Positions 19,514 to 29,839 of a stretch of DNA of 64,000 nt are shown here, piece by piece. Origin of the DNA: an uncultured Gemmatimonadota bacterium (lineage in GTDB: Bacteria; Gemmatimonadota; Gemmatimonadetes; Palauibacterales; Palauibacteraceae); the NCBI GenBank assembly GCA_913043255.1, contig CAJWLK010000001.1, forward strand, positions 324,288-388,287, given 5' to 3'. Position 1 is the stretch's first letter; each line of letters begins with the position of its first letter. The notes under the pieces were generated by a model, which was not told where the DNA came from, searched no databases, and was given only the letters and a program-made list of their open reading frames with translations. Made by a program: the position numbers and the translations under genes.

Positions 19514-21103
19514 TCACAAGTGCGAGGGGTCAGACAACTTGGCACGCTCCTGCTCAACAAGAAGACGGCGGAGGATCTTGCCTGAGGGTGACTTTGGGAT
19601 CTCATCTGTGAACTCGACAAGTCGGACCTTCTTATACGGAGCTACCCGCTCGGCCACGTAAGCCTTGAGTTCTTCCTCTCCTATCGGATCCGCGAGAACG
19701 ACAAAGGCCTTAGGGATCTCTCCAGCCTCTTCGTCTGGGACCGGGATGACAGCAACATCCGCTACAGATGGGTGGGAGAGCAAAACATCTTCGAGTTCTG
19801 CGGGTGGAACTTGAAAAGCCTTGTACTTGATCAACTCTTTCGCGCGATCCACGATTAACAGATAGCCATCTTCATCAATGAAGCCAACATCACCCGTATG
19901 CAGCCATCCTTCTTCGTCAACTGTATGTGCTGTTGCTTCCGGATTATTGAGATATCCTACCATAACCTGAGGCCCACGGACCCAAATCTCACCTGGCTGA
20001 TTCGGCCCAACAGGTTTGCCTGAATCCAAATCAATAATGAGAGTTTCCGTATTGGATACCGCCTGCCCGACCGTCGCGATCTTACGCGGGCCGACATCTC
20101 TTGAACACAGGTGCGTGACGGGGCTCGCTTCCGTCAAACCATACCCCTGGAAGACCCGACATCCCAAGCGTTCCTGACAAGCCATCGCAACTTCCTCACC
20201 CAACGGAGCTGCCCCCGACATAACCCATTCGACTGAAGAAAGATCATATTGTTCGACGATCGGATGTTTAGCTAATGCGAGGACAATCGGTGGTACCACG
20301 TAGGCACGGTTGACCTCAAACTTCTGGATTGTGTGCAGGAAGTCTTCGAGGTCGAATCGTGGCATCGTAACAAGAGTGGCCCCCTCGCGGAGGCAAACAC
20401 TCATTACCACTACCATCCCGTATATGTGAAAAAATGGGAGGACGGCAATGATCACATCGTCAGCTTCAATCTTATCAGCTGCAAGATACTGTTCGATGTT
20501 TGCTACAAGGTTTTGATGCGTAAGCATCACCCCCTTCGGGCGCCCCGTCGTACCGCTCGAGTACGGCAGCGTCACGATATCCGTGGCGGTAACACAGCCC
20601 TTATCAAGTTCAACATCCATTTCCATGCCCGTCTTGATAAGCTCGGCGAATGCCGTGACTCCATCAGCTTCCCCAAATACAAAGATCTCTTCAATACCAA
20701 CTTGAGCAGCAGCTCGTTGCACTTTTTCTAATAGGGGCGGGATGGTGATAATCCAACCAGCATCCGAATCGCCGAGCTGGTGAACGAGTTCTTCTTCAGT
20801 GTTCAGCGGGTTTAGTGTGGTGCTGCAGCCACCCGCCATAGCAATAGCGTGAAAAGCAATCGCGTACTCCGGCATATTTGGGCTAGATATCGCGACGACT
20901 CCCCCACGCTTGAGTCCACGGCCAGACAAGCCTTTAGCGGCAGCCTCAGCCTGATCTCGGAGTTGTCCATACGTTACAATTCGCCCGGTCGGACCTTCAA
21001 TGAAGGCTGGCTTATCTTCTCGTCCATCGAGAGAGCCAAGCAGATATTCGGACAGCGTCAACTCGGGCACGGTAATTGTTGGGCGCGAGCTTTCGAAAAT
21101 CAT
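19514..21103 (-). CDS. 4-coumarate--CoA ligase family AMP-binding enzyme
   Basis: LPYSSGTTGRPKGVMLTH, LPFFHIYG, QGYGLTE, GEIWVRGPQVM, GWLHTGD, PKSPSGKILRR; start at ATG 21103. Confidence 0.9.
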   Translation of the reverse strand: MIFESSRPTITVPELTLSEYLLGSLDGREDKPAFIEGPTGRIVTYGQLRDQAEAAAKGLSGRGLKRGGVVAISSPNMPEYAIAFHAIAMAGGCSTTLNPLNTEEELVHQLGDSDAGWIITIPPLLEKVQRAAAQVGIEEIFVFGEADGVTAFAELIKTGMEMDVELDKGCVTATDIVTLPYSSGTTGRPKGVMLTHQNLVANIEQYLAADKIEADDVIIAVLPFFHIYGMVVVMSVCLREGATLVTMPRFDLEDFLHTIQKFEVNRAYVVPPIVLALAKHPIVEQYDLSSVEWVMSGAAPLGEEVAMACQERLGCRVFQGYGLTEASPVTHLCSRDVGPRKIATVGQAVSNTETLIIDLDSGKPVGPNQPGEIWVRGPQVMVGYLNNPEATAHTVDEEGWLHTGDVGFIDEDGYLLIVDRAKELIKYKAFQVPPAELEDVLLSHPSVADVAVIPVPDEEAGEIPKAFVVLADPIGEEELKAYVAERVAPYKKVRLVEFTDEIPKSPSGKILRRLLVEQERAKLSDPSHL

Positions 21104-21357
21104 AGCGTTCACTCTATTTCCTAACTTCAGATGGCCTAGAACCTGGCTCGTTTGGCAAGATCTAGCTTTGAGCCACAGGCAGGCAAGACGCAACGGTCGG
21201 ATCAGAAAAAAACAATCCACACCAATGGGCTTCTCGTAGCCCCCTCGTCACTTTATCGAATACAAACATCCAACTGACACTTCTTGTCGAAAACAGTTTC
21301 GATGTATACTAGCTCATGAATCGGTAGACTCGTTCCCTGAGTTGATCATAATCAGGT

Positions 21358-22161
21358 ATGGTATTGCTCAAATTCTTCGAATCCCGAGGCTTTGCATTGG
21401 CACTGAATCGAAAGATCCTTCTCTGTACGATCGCTCTTGGCTTGAGTGGATTGTTTGTTTGTCTTGGATTCTGGCAGTTAACTCGACGAGCGGAAAATTT
21501 AGCAGGCGCCCAAACTCGCCTCGAGCGTTTCGCCCAACCACCATTCGAGTGGAGGGACGGACAATCCCTACCTGCTGACACGACTGGCATTTTGGGACGG
21601 AAGGCTCGCCTCAGTGGGCGTTGGGATTTCGAACGTGAAGTCATCATCCGGAGTCGGACCTCTGAAGGACGCCCTGGGGTCGAAGTTTTGACCCCTTTGC
21701 TGTTGGGTGAGACAGGCAGGTACGCCGTTATGGTACTCCGTGGATGGTTGCCCGCACCTGATGGACTTCGCGCAAATTTGACATCTGCTTGGCCCGCTGA
21801 TCTCGAGGCGGCTGAATTTCATGTCGTACAGGTCGAAGGTGTGCTTATCTCTTCGAGAGATGGCCGGGGCGGCCCTCTCATCCATGTGCCCGTCGAAAAC
21901 AAAGAACACATTGCGCTCGGAGGGCTGGACTTGGCCCAAATACGGAAACATCTCGACTACAGAGTGTCGAACTTTGTCTTACGTGCTTCCGATCCAGAGC
22001 CCGGGACGAGCGCCCTGAAACCGGCCCGGACAATTAAAACTGGGGGTGGCCTAAATTTATCATACGCACTCCAATGGTTTTCGTTCGCCATCATCACACT
22101 CGCCGGCACGATCATTCTTCTCAGGAAGGAGCGAGCGCATGAGCAATCGAAGGTTCTCTGA
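21358..22161 (+). CDS. SURF1 family protein
   Basis: LGFWQLTR, VLTPL, VLRGWLP, LSYALQWFSFA; N- and C-terminal TM segments. Start uncertain. Confidence 0.85.
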   Translation: MVLLKFFESRGFALALNRKILLCTIALGLSGLFVCLGFWQLTRRAENLAGAQTRLERFAQPPFEWRDGQSLPADTTGILGRKARLSGRWDFEREVIIRSRTSEGRPGVEVLTPLLLGETGRYAVMVLRGWLPAPDGLRANLTSAWPADLEAAEFHVVQVEGVLISSRDGRGGPLIHVPVENKEHIALGGLDLAQIRKHLDYRVSNFVLRASDPEPGTSALKPARTIKTGGGLNLSYALQWFSFAIITLAGTIILLRKERAHEQSKVL

Positions 22162-22420
22162 CTGGCAAAGGAAACAATGGGAAGTTCAGGTGACATCGAA
22201 ATCGGAATGGCAGTTCAACCCAATCGGTGGTAACAACGCCTCGGCCCGGCGTGTCTGTCCGCCACTGTACGCGGGGGACGATCCCTTCGAACTCAGCGAA
22301 CAAGAGCTTCAAAAAATCTTAGGAAATTCGACGACCCCGCCAATCTCGACTAAGCCGTCTCCGTTTGGAGACGACTATTCACCACCCGAGAAAAAATCTC
22401 CGTTTCTAGATGACCTGTGA
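22139..22420 (+). CDS. hypothetical protein
   Basis: 93 aa, AAGGAG RBS, overlaps SURF1 3' end, converges on the next gene. Confidence 0.7.
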   Translation: MSNRRFSDWQRKQWEVQVTSKSEWQFNPIGGNNASARRVCPPLYAGDDPFELSEQELQKILGNSTTPPISTKPSPFGDDYSPPEKKSPFLDDL

Positions 22421-22432
22421 GTCAAACTCAGT

Positions 22433-23095
22433 TCAACGATTAAATCGCAAATCGCGTTCGTCATCCCTGAGAGCCATGGGCGGTCCCAAAATCTCTGCTA
22501 AGAGAATAGCACGCTGCAACGGCGGATAACGATCGAAATAACCAAACGCTCTGATTTCATCTGATCGTGAACTCCGTATACGTGTCCTTCCTGCACCCGA
22601 TTGTTGGTACGATCCCACTCCACGTTGGGAAGCGGTCACTGCCTGGCTCCCTTGTGCGGGTGGAGTCGTGAGTATCGACTGCCCCCCCTCTTGCAAAACC
22701 TTCCGACCTGCTCTGAAGGCGGTTTCATCGAAATCGTCATCTTCCACATGGGCGACAAAACTCCCGGGGCGACCCTCTCCCGCAGCCTCCTGCATTTGGC
22801 GCTCGATCTGGCGGGCCATACCGGTCCACTGGTCGCGGAGAGCTCTGCCACGTTCTGCTAAGGGAACCGAACGAGGCAAACCAGGAGCGACCTTACGTGG
22901 AGTCGAACGGTTGGGCTGTTCCCTTTGGTGAGGTGTTCTACTCGGGCCACTCTCGACCTCAATGCCCGTCTCCTCATGGCTTAAATCTTCATTTTCAGCG
23001 GCCTCGCGATGACGCTGGGCCGCACGCCTGAGACCTCGCAGCCAAAGGGTGGCAAGAATAATTCCCCAAAAGATGAGTTCAAAAGATTCTGGCAT
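22433..23095 (-). CDS. hypothetical membrane-anchored protein, third gene of nfeD-floA operon
   Basis: N-terminal TM, low-complexity body, C-terminal LQRAILLAEILGPPMAL motif as seen in floA-downstream (YqfB-like) proteins. Confidence 0.72.
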   Translation of the reverse strand: MPESFELIFWGIILATLWLRGLRRAAQRHREAAENEDLSHEETGIEVESGPSRTPHQREQPNRSTPRKVAPGLPRSVPLAERGRALRDQWTGMARQIERQMQEAAGEGRPGSFVAHVEDDDFDETAFRAGRKVLQEGGQSILTTPPAQGSQAVTASQRGVGSYQQSGAGRTRIRSSRSDEIRAFGYFDRYPPLQRAILLAEILGPPMALRDDERDLRFNR

Positions 23096-23110
23096 TTAAC
23101 GAGACTCCAA

Positions 23111-24133
23111 TTAGTCCAGATCGCTGTCCCGACCACCTTCTGGCGACTTCGCTATCGAACCTCTCATCTCCGTGTCACTCTGTATGTTACGGTACTTCAT
23201 ATAATCCATAATGCCAAGGTTCCCATCCCGGAATGCGTCAGCTACCGCAAGTGGAACCTGAGCTTCTGCCTTCACGACCTCGGCCTGCATTTCCTCTACT
23301 AACGCCTTGTTCTCCTGTTCTGCCGCAACCGCCATCGCACGCCGCTCTTCCGCCTTGGCTTGGGCAATCCGTTTATCCGCCTCTGCCTGATCGGTCTGGA
23401 GTTCCGCACCGATGTTCTTGCCCACATCCACGTCCGCAATATCAATCGAAAGGATTTCAAACGCTGTTCCGCTATCAAGGCCTTTCGCTAACACGGTCTT
23501 TGAGATGTTGTCTGGGTTTTCGAGCACTCTTTTATGTGTTTCGGCTGATCCTATGGTGGACACGATGCCCTCACCTACACGGGCCAAAATGGTTTCTTCC
23601 CCTGCCCCACCAACCAGCCGGTTGATGTTCGCACGAACTGTGACACGAGCAGTTGCGATGAGCTGGATCCCATCCTTTGCCATCGCCGCCACTTTTGGTG
23701 TTTGAATCACACGCGGGTTCACAGAGACTTGGACAGCATCCAACACATCTCGGCCTGCAAGATCGATGGCTGCAGCTTGTTGAAAAGGAAGGTCGATGTT
23801 CGCCTTGTCGGCCGAAATCAGCGCGTTTACCACGCGTTCCACATCCCCCCCCGCAAGGTAGTGTGACTCAAGTTCGTTGGTTGCGAGAGGAAGTCCCGCC
23901 TTTTCAGAGCTAATCAGGGGGTAAACAATACTCGGGGGATGAACCTTTCGAAGCCGCATACCAACAAGGCTGCCAAGGCCCACTCGAACTCCAGAAGCCA
24001 ACGCCGCAACCCACAACCGAACCGGTATGGCCCACATGAGAAGTAAGAGAAAAAATGCGACAATTAGAACGAGAACTATGCTGGTGCCAGCAAAACCTTG
24101 CATCAGAAAACCTTGGTAAAGGGTTGTCGACAA
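23111..24133 (-). CDS. floA: flotillin-like protein FloA (YqfA/UPF0365)
   Basis: [67 protein letters not shown]; start may be ATG 24103. Confidence 0.95.
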   Translation of the reverse strand: MSTTLYQGFLMQGFAGTSIVLVLIVAFFLLLLMWAIPVRLWVAALASGVRVGLGSLVGMRLRKVHPPSIVYPLISSEKAGLPLATNELESHYLAGGDVERVVNALISADKANIDLPFQQAAAIDLAGRDVLDAVQVSVNPRVIQTPKVAAMAKDGIQLIATARVTVRANINRLVGGAGEETILARVGEGIVSTIGSAETHKRVLENPDNISKTVLAKGLDSGTAFEILSIDIADVDVGKNIGAELQTDQAEADKRIAQAKAEERRAMAVAAEQENKALVEEMQAEVVKAEAQVPLAVADAFRDGNLGIMDYMKYRNIQSDTEMRGSIAKSPEGGRDSDLD

Positions 24134-24200
24134 CGCCGATCTTTAAGAATCACTCGGCGCCATATCACACCTACTTTTATAAAGTCGGACTGCAGTATTT

Positions 24201-25628
24201 CTACGATTCTTCATTAGCATCGGGCGAAGGTTCGGACTCATGCTTCGGATCCAGAGCACGTACAACGTGTCGGTAGCTTTCGGCCTGAACGACGCGGACC
24301 TCAGTATTAGCCTCAATCCATGGACCTTCAGTGACTACATCGATGCGTTCATCGTTGACCAAAGCCGTACCAGCAGGCCGAAGATCCGTCACTGCGATTC
24401 CGACCTCACCTACCAGATCTTCTCGCTCAGGTGCAGACAAATATCCCGTCTCTCGACTCGTCGATGATCGGAGAAAGATTCCCGCCAGGCGTCGGCTACT
24501 AGGAAGACGTCGCAGAAGTACCCAACCAAAAACCACGACCAGAATAATCGAGAAGGAAACAAGTCCGGCAGCATTAAAAACCTGATCGAATGTTGGGAAC
24601 TGCCCAACCATAGCCAACACAGAGCTCCCTAAAACAGCTCCCGTACCAAGAATGCCTGCGATACCAAACCCGGGGATGAGAAATACCTCCGCTGCGATTA
24701 GGATGACACCAGCCCCTAGAAGAAGTATCTCCTCAAGGCCCGCCAAGTGAACAAGGTGGTGTGCGCCGAAGAATGCGGCCAGCGCTAGCAACCCAATTGC
24801 TCCCGCCAGTCCAAATGTCGGCGTCCGGATCTCTACCAATAGCCCGAGGAATCCGAGACTCATCAACAGTGGTGCAACAACTGGGTTCGTGAGAAAACGA
24901 ACGATCGCTTCAGCCCAGTTTGGCGTCACCTCTCTCGTCGCTCCAGGCGGAAGGCCTACAGTTTGGAATAACTCTATGAGGTCTTGCACTTGAGCATCCG
25001 CCACTTCGAGTGCAATGGCTTCTTCAGTCGTTAAGGTGAGCAGCTTTCCGGCCTCAACAACATCCGGAACTTCGATGCTCTCATCTACCATGGCCTCCGC
25101 AAGCTGAGGGTCAAATCCGCGTTCTTCTGCAAGCGCACGAAATTCAGACCGCATCGCACTTACCATCTTTTCCGAGGCTTTCTCACCTGCTCCTGTAATT
25201 GGCGTTGCCGCCCCGATGGTCGAACCCGGTCGCATGTACAGACGGTCAGCCGCCAGTGCAATCATCGCACCTGCCGACAGCGCTCGCCGATTTACGTACG
25301 CATAAACAGGAACCGAAGTTTCCCGAACGTCATCGATAATTTTCCAGGCTGCGTCTACACGACCACCGGGCGTATCCAAGTCAAGGATGACCGCAGGGGC
25401 TCCAGTAGACACTGCGTCAGACAGGGCGCGTGAGACGAAAGGCGCCAGGCCAAGTTCAATCGTCCCGGTAATTGGGATGCGCACTACCTCGGAGCCAGCC
25501 TGTTCAAACGAACGGCTAATGGGTGTCGTCGATCCCTCGGACACAAAACCATACATCGTGCTTCCGAGAAAAAATAACACCAACACCGAACCAAGCCCGG
25601 GACGCAGGGAGAGTCCTTTCCATACCAT
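24201..25628 (-). CDS. nfeD: NfeD family membrane protein (long form with ClpP-like domain)
   Basis: LDTPGG, ALSAGAMIALA, TIGAATP, multi-TM middle, C-terminal TDLRPAG OB domain. Confidence 0.9.
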   Translation of the reverse strand: MVWKGLSLRPGLGSVLVLFFLGSTMYGFVSEGSTTPISRSFEQAGSEVVRIPITGTIELGLAPFVSRALSDAVSTGAPAVILDLDTPGGRVDAAWKIIDDVRETSVPVYAYVNRRALSAGAMIALAADRLYMRPGSTIGAATPITGAGEKASEKMVSAMRSEFRALAEERGFDPQLAEAMVDESIEVPDVVEAGKLLTLTTEEAIALEVADAQVQDLIELFQTVGLPPGATREVTPNWAEAIVRFLTNPVVAPLLMSLGFLGLLVEIRTPTFGLAGAIGLLALAAFFGAHHLVHLAGLEEILLLGAGVILIAAEVFLIPGFGIAGILGTGAVLGSSVLAMVGQFPTFDQVFNAAGLVSFSIILVVVFGWVLLRRLPSSRRLAGIFLRSSTSRETGYLSAPEREDLVGEVGIAVTDLRPAGTALVNDERIDVVTEGPWIEANTEVRVVQAESYRHVVRALDPKHESEPSPDANEES

Positions 25629-25692
25629 GGACAGAATCTAACCTAGAGTATGTCGCCGGCCCAGTTCATCAAGCCTCCGTGTTTCAGGAACC

Positions 25693-28600
25693 CTAGCCCG
25701 TTGGCCTTACAGGTAAGTCGATTGTCTCGCCAAGGGTCGGCAAAACCGCATCTGCGTACAGTCGCTCATTTAGGGCTGGAACCCGGGTTAGCACAAGAAC
25801 GTTTAACCGATCAAGGATGCCGGGCATTACTTCCCAAGCGCGATCTACTTGCCACAAGTGGTCTTCGGTCGGCAGCGTCGAAGACCCCTGGATTGCCGAA
25901 GCAACACCAGTATATCCTCGAGCCGTGTTTAGTTCATCACGTATGGCGTCCAACTCTTCCTCAAGAGCCGCGAGTTCCCCCGCAAGCTCTTCAGGCGACT
26001 CGTCCGCCCCTTCCATTAACTCTTTCGCCGCCACCAATTGTTCATTCACGCTATCTATCGCTTGCCTGGCCTCGTGGATTGGCTTGGCAAGGACGTGCAA
26101 ACTCATGAGCGCGTTCTGGCGAGTGATACGATCTCCGGATGTCATGGGACGACGCGGTTCCGCAACTATCTCAACCAAAGAGGAGTAACTTTCACCATTA
26201 ATTTTCATGCTCACGGTGTAGTTTCCAGGCATTACAATTGGGCCCTGGGGGGTACCCCTGAACATGCCGCCGGGTCCACCACCTTCGGTCTCACTATCAC
26301 TAGGCCGTTCGTAGGGCGGGTCATATCGCCAATCCCAAATCACTTCGTTAATACCAGGTGAACTCGGAGCCTCAAGTGTACGGACATGCTTTCCGCTCAT
26401 GTCCGTGACCGTCAGGGAAAAAACTTCACCGTCTGCTTCATCGTGCGACCCATCACCATCGTCAATTGCCGTAACATCGCTTGGGGCGTCACGCAGGTAG
26501 TAACGAATTCGTGCCCCTCTCGGAGGATTGGGCGCGCTAAACGTTGCTCCATAGAACGGCCAGTCCCCACGCTCTGCCCACATGATCGAGCGACTCGGGA
26601 AAACCCGTCCATCTTCAGCCATCATATCAGGTGACAGGTGTTCGAGCGGAGTGATATCTGACATGATGTACATACCCCGACCATGCGTCCCCACAATAAG
26701 ATCATTCTCACGTGGGTGGATTAGAATGTCGTCGACAGGAACCACCGGCAGGTTATTTTTGAATCGCGCCCAATTCTGACCGCGATCTACCGAAACATAC
26801 ACACCCACCTCGTTCCCAAGGAACAGTAGGTTGGGGGCTCGATGGTGCTCAACAATAACATTCACAGACCAACCGTCGGGCAGCCCACCCGTGATCGGGT
26901 CCCAAGTTTGGCCATAATCCTCACTGAGGTAAACATACGGCGCATAGTCGCCATTTCGGTGTCCATCAAATGTCGCATAAACTCGCCCACCCGCGTGAGA
27001 CGAAGCTTCAACACGACTCACATACGTGCGATCCGGGAGCCCAGGGATCTGGTCCACGACATTCTCCCACGTACTGCCATCGTCCCTTGTAACCTGAAGG
27101 TTTCCATCATCTGTCCCGATGTAGATGAGCCCCGGGACGAGGGGAGATTCGGCGAGAGTCGTGAGATTGCCGTACGTCGATATCCCATCATTGATCGACA
27201 GCTGTGCTTCAGACCCAGACACTCCCATAATCTCAAGTGTTTCCCGGTCAATTTGTTTGGTCAGATCTATGCCGCCGACTTCTTCCCATGTCATACCGTG
27301 GTCACGCGAACGCATGAGATAGTTTGCCCCGAGGTAAACCGTCGCTGGGTCATGCGGGGAAAGCTGAAGCGGCGAATTCCAGTTAAACCGGTATACCTTT
27401 GTTGTATCTCCATCCTCACGTGGACCTGTAATCGGTCGCATGGGCGTTTTCTCGCCAGTCGTCAGATCGTACCGATTCATATTCCCGCCCTGCGATTCCG
27501 AAAAAACGATGGTTGAATCGGTCGGGTCAACAATCGTGAAGAACCCATCACCATACACAGTCTCGTACCAATCCTGGTTTCGAATCCCATGAAACGAGCG
27601 CGTGTTTGAAGGGCCACACCAAGCGTCATTGTCTTGAAGTCCCCCACAAACGAAATACGGGTCCCGCATGTCAAATCCGATCGCGTAAAACTGAGCAAGT
27701 GGGATATTGTCAAACATGCGCCAGTGTCTAGTACCATCCCACGACACAGACACGCCACCGTCACTTCCAAGGATCAGGTGATCCGAATCATTTGGATCAA
27801 TCCACAGAGCATGGTGATCTACGTGCACCTGTATGACTCCATCGCTTCGGAACGTGCGGCCTGCATCATCAGACACCATGAGTTGCGTAGCGAGCACATA
27901 GATTCGATCCGGGTTACTTGGGTCAATGCGAATCTGCGAATAATACATCGGACGCGGATTCGTGTCCGACATCTTCTCCCATGTTTTTCCCCGATCCAAC
28001 GATCGATACGTACCCCCATCGCTCGTCCGACTAGGGGTTCGGAATCCTGCGGAAGGTTCCCGCGCATCAGCTTCAATCAGTGCATACACGACATTTCCAT
28101 CCTGTCGATAGATATCGATTCCGATACGGCCTTTATCACCCTCAGGAAGCCCATCCGTCAACTCGACCCAGTTTTCACCTCCGTCAACCGTCCGATAGAG
28201 ACCACTACCAGGTCCCCCGCCGTTAAACCCCCATCCGGTTCGTTGTCGTTGGTACATTGCGGCGAAGATCGTGTTAGGGTCCCCGGGGTCCATGGCAAGA
28301 TCAATCGCGCCGGTGTGCTCGTCGATATACAGCACTCTGTCCCAAGTATTACCACCATCTCGAGTTCGGAAGACACCTCGTTCCTCGTTTGGTCCCCAAA
28401 GGTCGCCTACCGCTGCGACGTATACTACGTCCGGATTTCGGGGGTGAATGAGGATTCGACCAATATGTTTGGTTTCTGCCAGACCCATGTGGGCCCAAGT
28501 ATTTCCAGCATCCGTAGATTTATATACCCCATTTCCCCACGGAGACGATTGTCTGTTTTGCGGCTCTCCTGTACCTACCCATAAGAGGTTCGGGTTCGCT

Positions 28601-28896
28601 TGGAAGATCGTAACATCACCAATCGAACTGGTTGTTTGATCATCAAACAACGGGGTCCACGAAGTTCCATGATTCTCAGTCTTCCACAAACCACCCGTAG
28701 CTGTAGCGACGTAGAACATCTGTGGCTTGGACGCGACCACCTCGAGGTCAGAAATCCGACCTCCCATGAGGGCTGGACCGATTCCGCGATATTCCAAGTG
28801 TGAGATGGCGGTTTCAAGCGATGTTTGCGCTTGAGCATCGGCACCAAAATGGAACATGCTGATGAGAGCTATCGCAAGGATCTGACTTACCTTCAT
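25693..28896 (-). CDS. exported VPS10/BNR-repeat beta-propeller protein (glycosyl hydrolase-like)
   Basis: Many S/T-x-D-x-G-x-T/N-W Asp-boxes; IGPALMGGRI, HVDHHALW, GGLQDN, VGTHGRG; start at ATG 28896 gives a signal peptide. Confidence 0.85.
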   Translation of the reverse strand: MKVSQILAIALISMFHFGADAQAQTSLETAISHLEYRGIGPALMGGRISDLEVVASKPQMFYVATATGGLWKTENHGTSWTPLFDDQTTSSIGDVTIFQANPNLLWVGTGEPQNRQSSPWGNGVYKSTDAGNTWAHMGLAETKHIGRILIHPRNPDVVYVAAVGDLWGPNEERGVFRTRDGGNTWDRVLYIDEHTGAIDLAMDPGDPNTIFAAMYQRQRTGWGFNGGGPGSGLYRTVDGGENWVELTDGLPEGDKGRIGIDIYRQDGNVVYALIEADAREPSAGFRTPSRTSDGGTYRSLDRGKTWEKMSDTNPRPMYYSQIRIDPSNPDRIYVLATQLMVSDDAGRTFRSDGVIQVHVDHHALWIDPNDSDHLILGSDGGVSVSWDGTRHWRMFDNIPLAQFYAIGFDMRDPYFVCGGLQDNDAWCGPSNTRSFHGIRNQDWYETVYGDGFFTIVDPTDSTIVFSESQGGNMNRYDLTTGEKTPMRPITGPREDGDTTKVYRFNWNSPLQLSPHDPATVYLGANYLMRSRDHGMTWEEVGGIDLTKQIDRETLEIMGVSGSEAQLSINDGISTYGNLTTLAESPLVPGLIYIGTDDGNLQVTRDDGSTWENVVDQIPGLPDRTYVSRVEASSHAGGRVYATFDGHRNGDYAPYVYLSEDYGQTWDPITGGLPDGWSVNVIVEHHRAPNLLFLGNEVGVYVSVDRGQNWARFKNNLPVVPVDDILIHPRENDLIVGTHGRGMYIMSDITPLEHLSPDMMAEDGRVFPSRSIMWAERGDWPFYGATFSAPNPPRGARIRYYLRDAPSDVTAIDDGDGSHDEADGEVFSLTVTDMSGKHVRTLEAPSSPGINEVIWDWRYDPPYERPSDSETEGGGPGGMFRGTPQGPIVMPGNYTVSMKINGESYSSLVEIVAEPRRPMTSGDRITRQNALMSLHVLAKPIHEARQAIDSVNEQLVAAKELMEGADESPEELAGELAALEEELDAIRDELNTARGYTGVASAIQGSSTLPTEDHLWQVDRAWEVMPGILDRLNVLVLTRVPALNERLYADAVLPTLGETIDLPVRPTG

Positions 28897-29079
28897 GATG
28901 GTCCCTCGAATTACAGTAATGGGGGTCGGTTGCGATGACTCGCTCGACAGATCGACCCCTGTAAGGGAAGAACGTACAAACTCTTCCACCCTCTATTCTG
29001 CACACAAGCGGGATGGGCGCAAGCGGAAGCAAACAAATTCCTTTTTTGGGGCTACCGAGTTCAAAAGCAACTCTGACGT

Positions 29080-29808
29080 TCAGACACCCTCATCTAAAAT
29101 ATTTGCAATCCAACTCGCAGTTCGCATCGTAAGCTCTTGCGCGACCTCTTCGTTCGTCCGCCCGCTTCGCTTAAGAACGTGAAAAGAATGATCAGCTCCA
29201 TCTGAAATATGGAGTGTCGCAAAATCTCCAAGTGAGGCACAGATGGGATCGAGCAGAGCAAGATTGGCCAAACGATCACGCGTACCCTGGAGAAACAACA
29301 TCGGGACTTTGACGGCTGATAAGTGTGCTGCTCTTTCGGAAGAAGATTGTCCTGCAGGGTGCAGGGGGAAACCAAAGAAGACAATCCCGCAAACGCCGTC
29401 GAGAGGACGCTCTGCAGCAGCGATCGAGGTCATCCTTCCACCCATGGATTTGCCCGCGGCAATAAGCGGAAGGTCCGCAGCCACCTCCCGCGACCTAGCG
29501 ACTGCCGCACGGACAGTTTCGACGAGGATGCGCGGTCGATCTGGAGGTTTGCGTTGACCAGACAGAACCTGTGATTCCATGAACGGAAAATGATACCGAA
29601 AGGTCGCAATACCACACGCAGCGAGTCGCTGAGCCATATCAGCCATAAATAGATGCTCAATACCCGCACCCGCACCGTGGGAGAACGCCATCATCGCTAT
29701 TGGCTTCGAGGGTCGCACCAGAAGCGCAGACACCTTCCCCCACTCAAGTGTCACACAATCAACTTGCTGGGGAAACCGTTGTGTCGGACTCGTGTCGGGA
29801 TCCGTCAT
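29080..29808 (-). CDS. alpha/beta hydrolase (KANL3/Tex30-like)
   Basis: HGAGAG, GKSMGGR, GFPLHP, QGTRD, GADHSF; start placed at ATG 29808. Confidence 0.85.
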   Translation of the reverse strand: MTDPDTSPTQRFPQQVDCVTLEWGKVSALLVRPSKPIAMMAFSHGAGAGIEHLFMADMAQRLAACGIATFRYHFPFMESQVLSGQRKPPDRPRILVETVRAAVARSREVAADLPLIAAGKSMGGRMTSIAAAERPLDGVCGIVFFGFPLHPAGQSSSERAAHLSAVKVPMLFLQGTRDRLANLALLDPICASLGDFATLHISDGADHSFHVLKRSGRTNEEVAQELTMRTASWIANILDEGV

Positions 29809-29839
29809 CTCAACCACATACAAAAATGGTGACCCAATA

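Noticed and set aside
26842-28584. Long plus-strand ORFs (224 aa and 316 aa) inside the beta-propeller gene
   Set aside because: Antisense shadows of a well-supported gene; no recognisable motifs.
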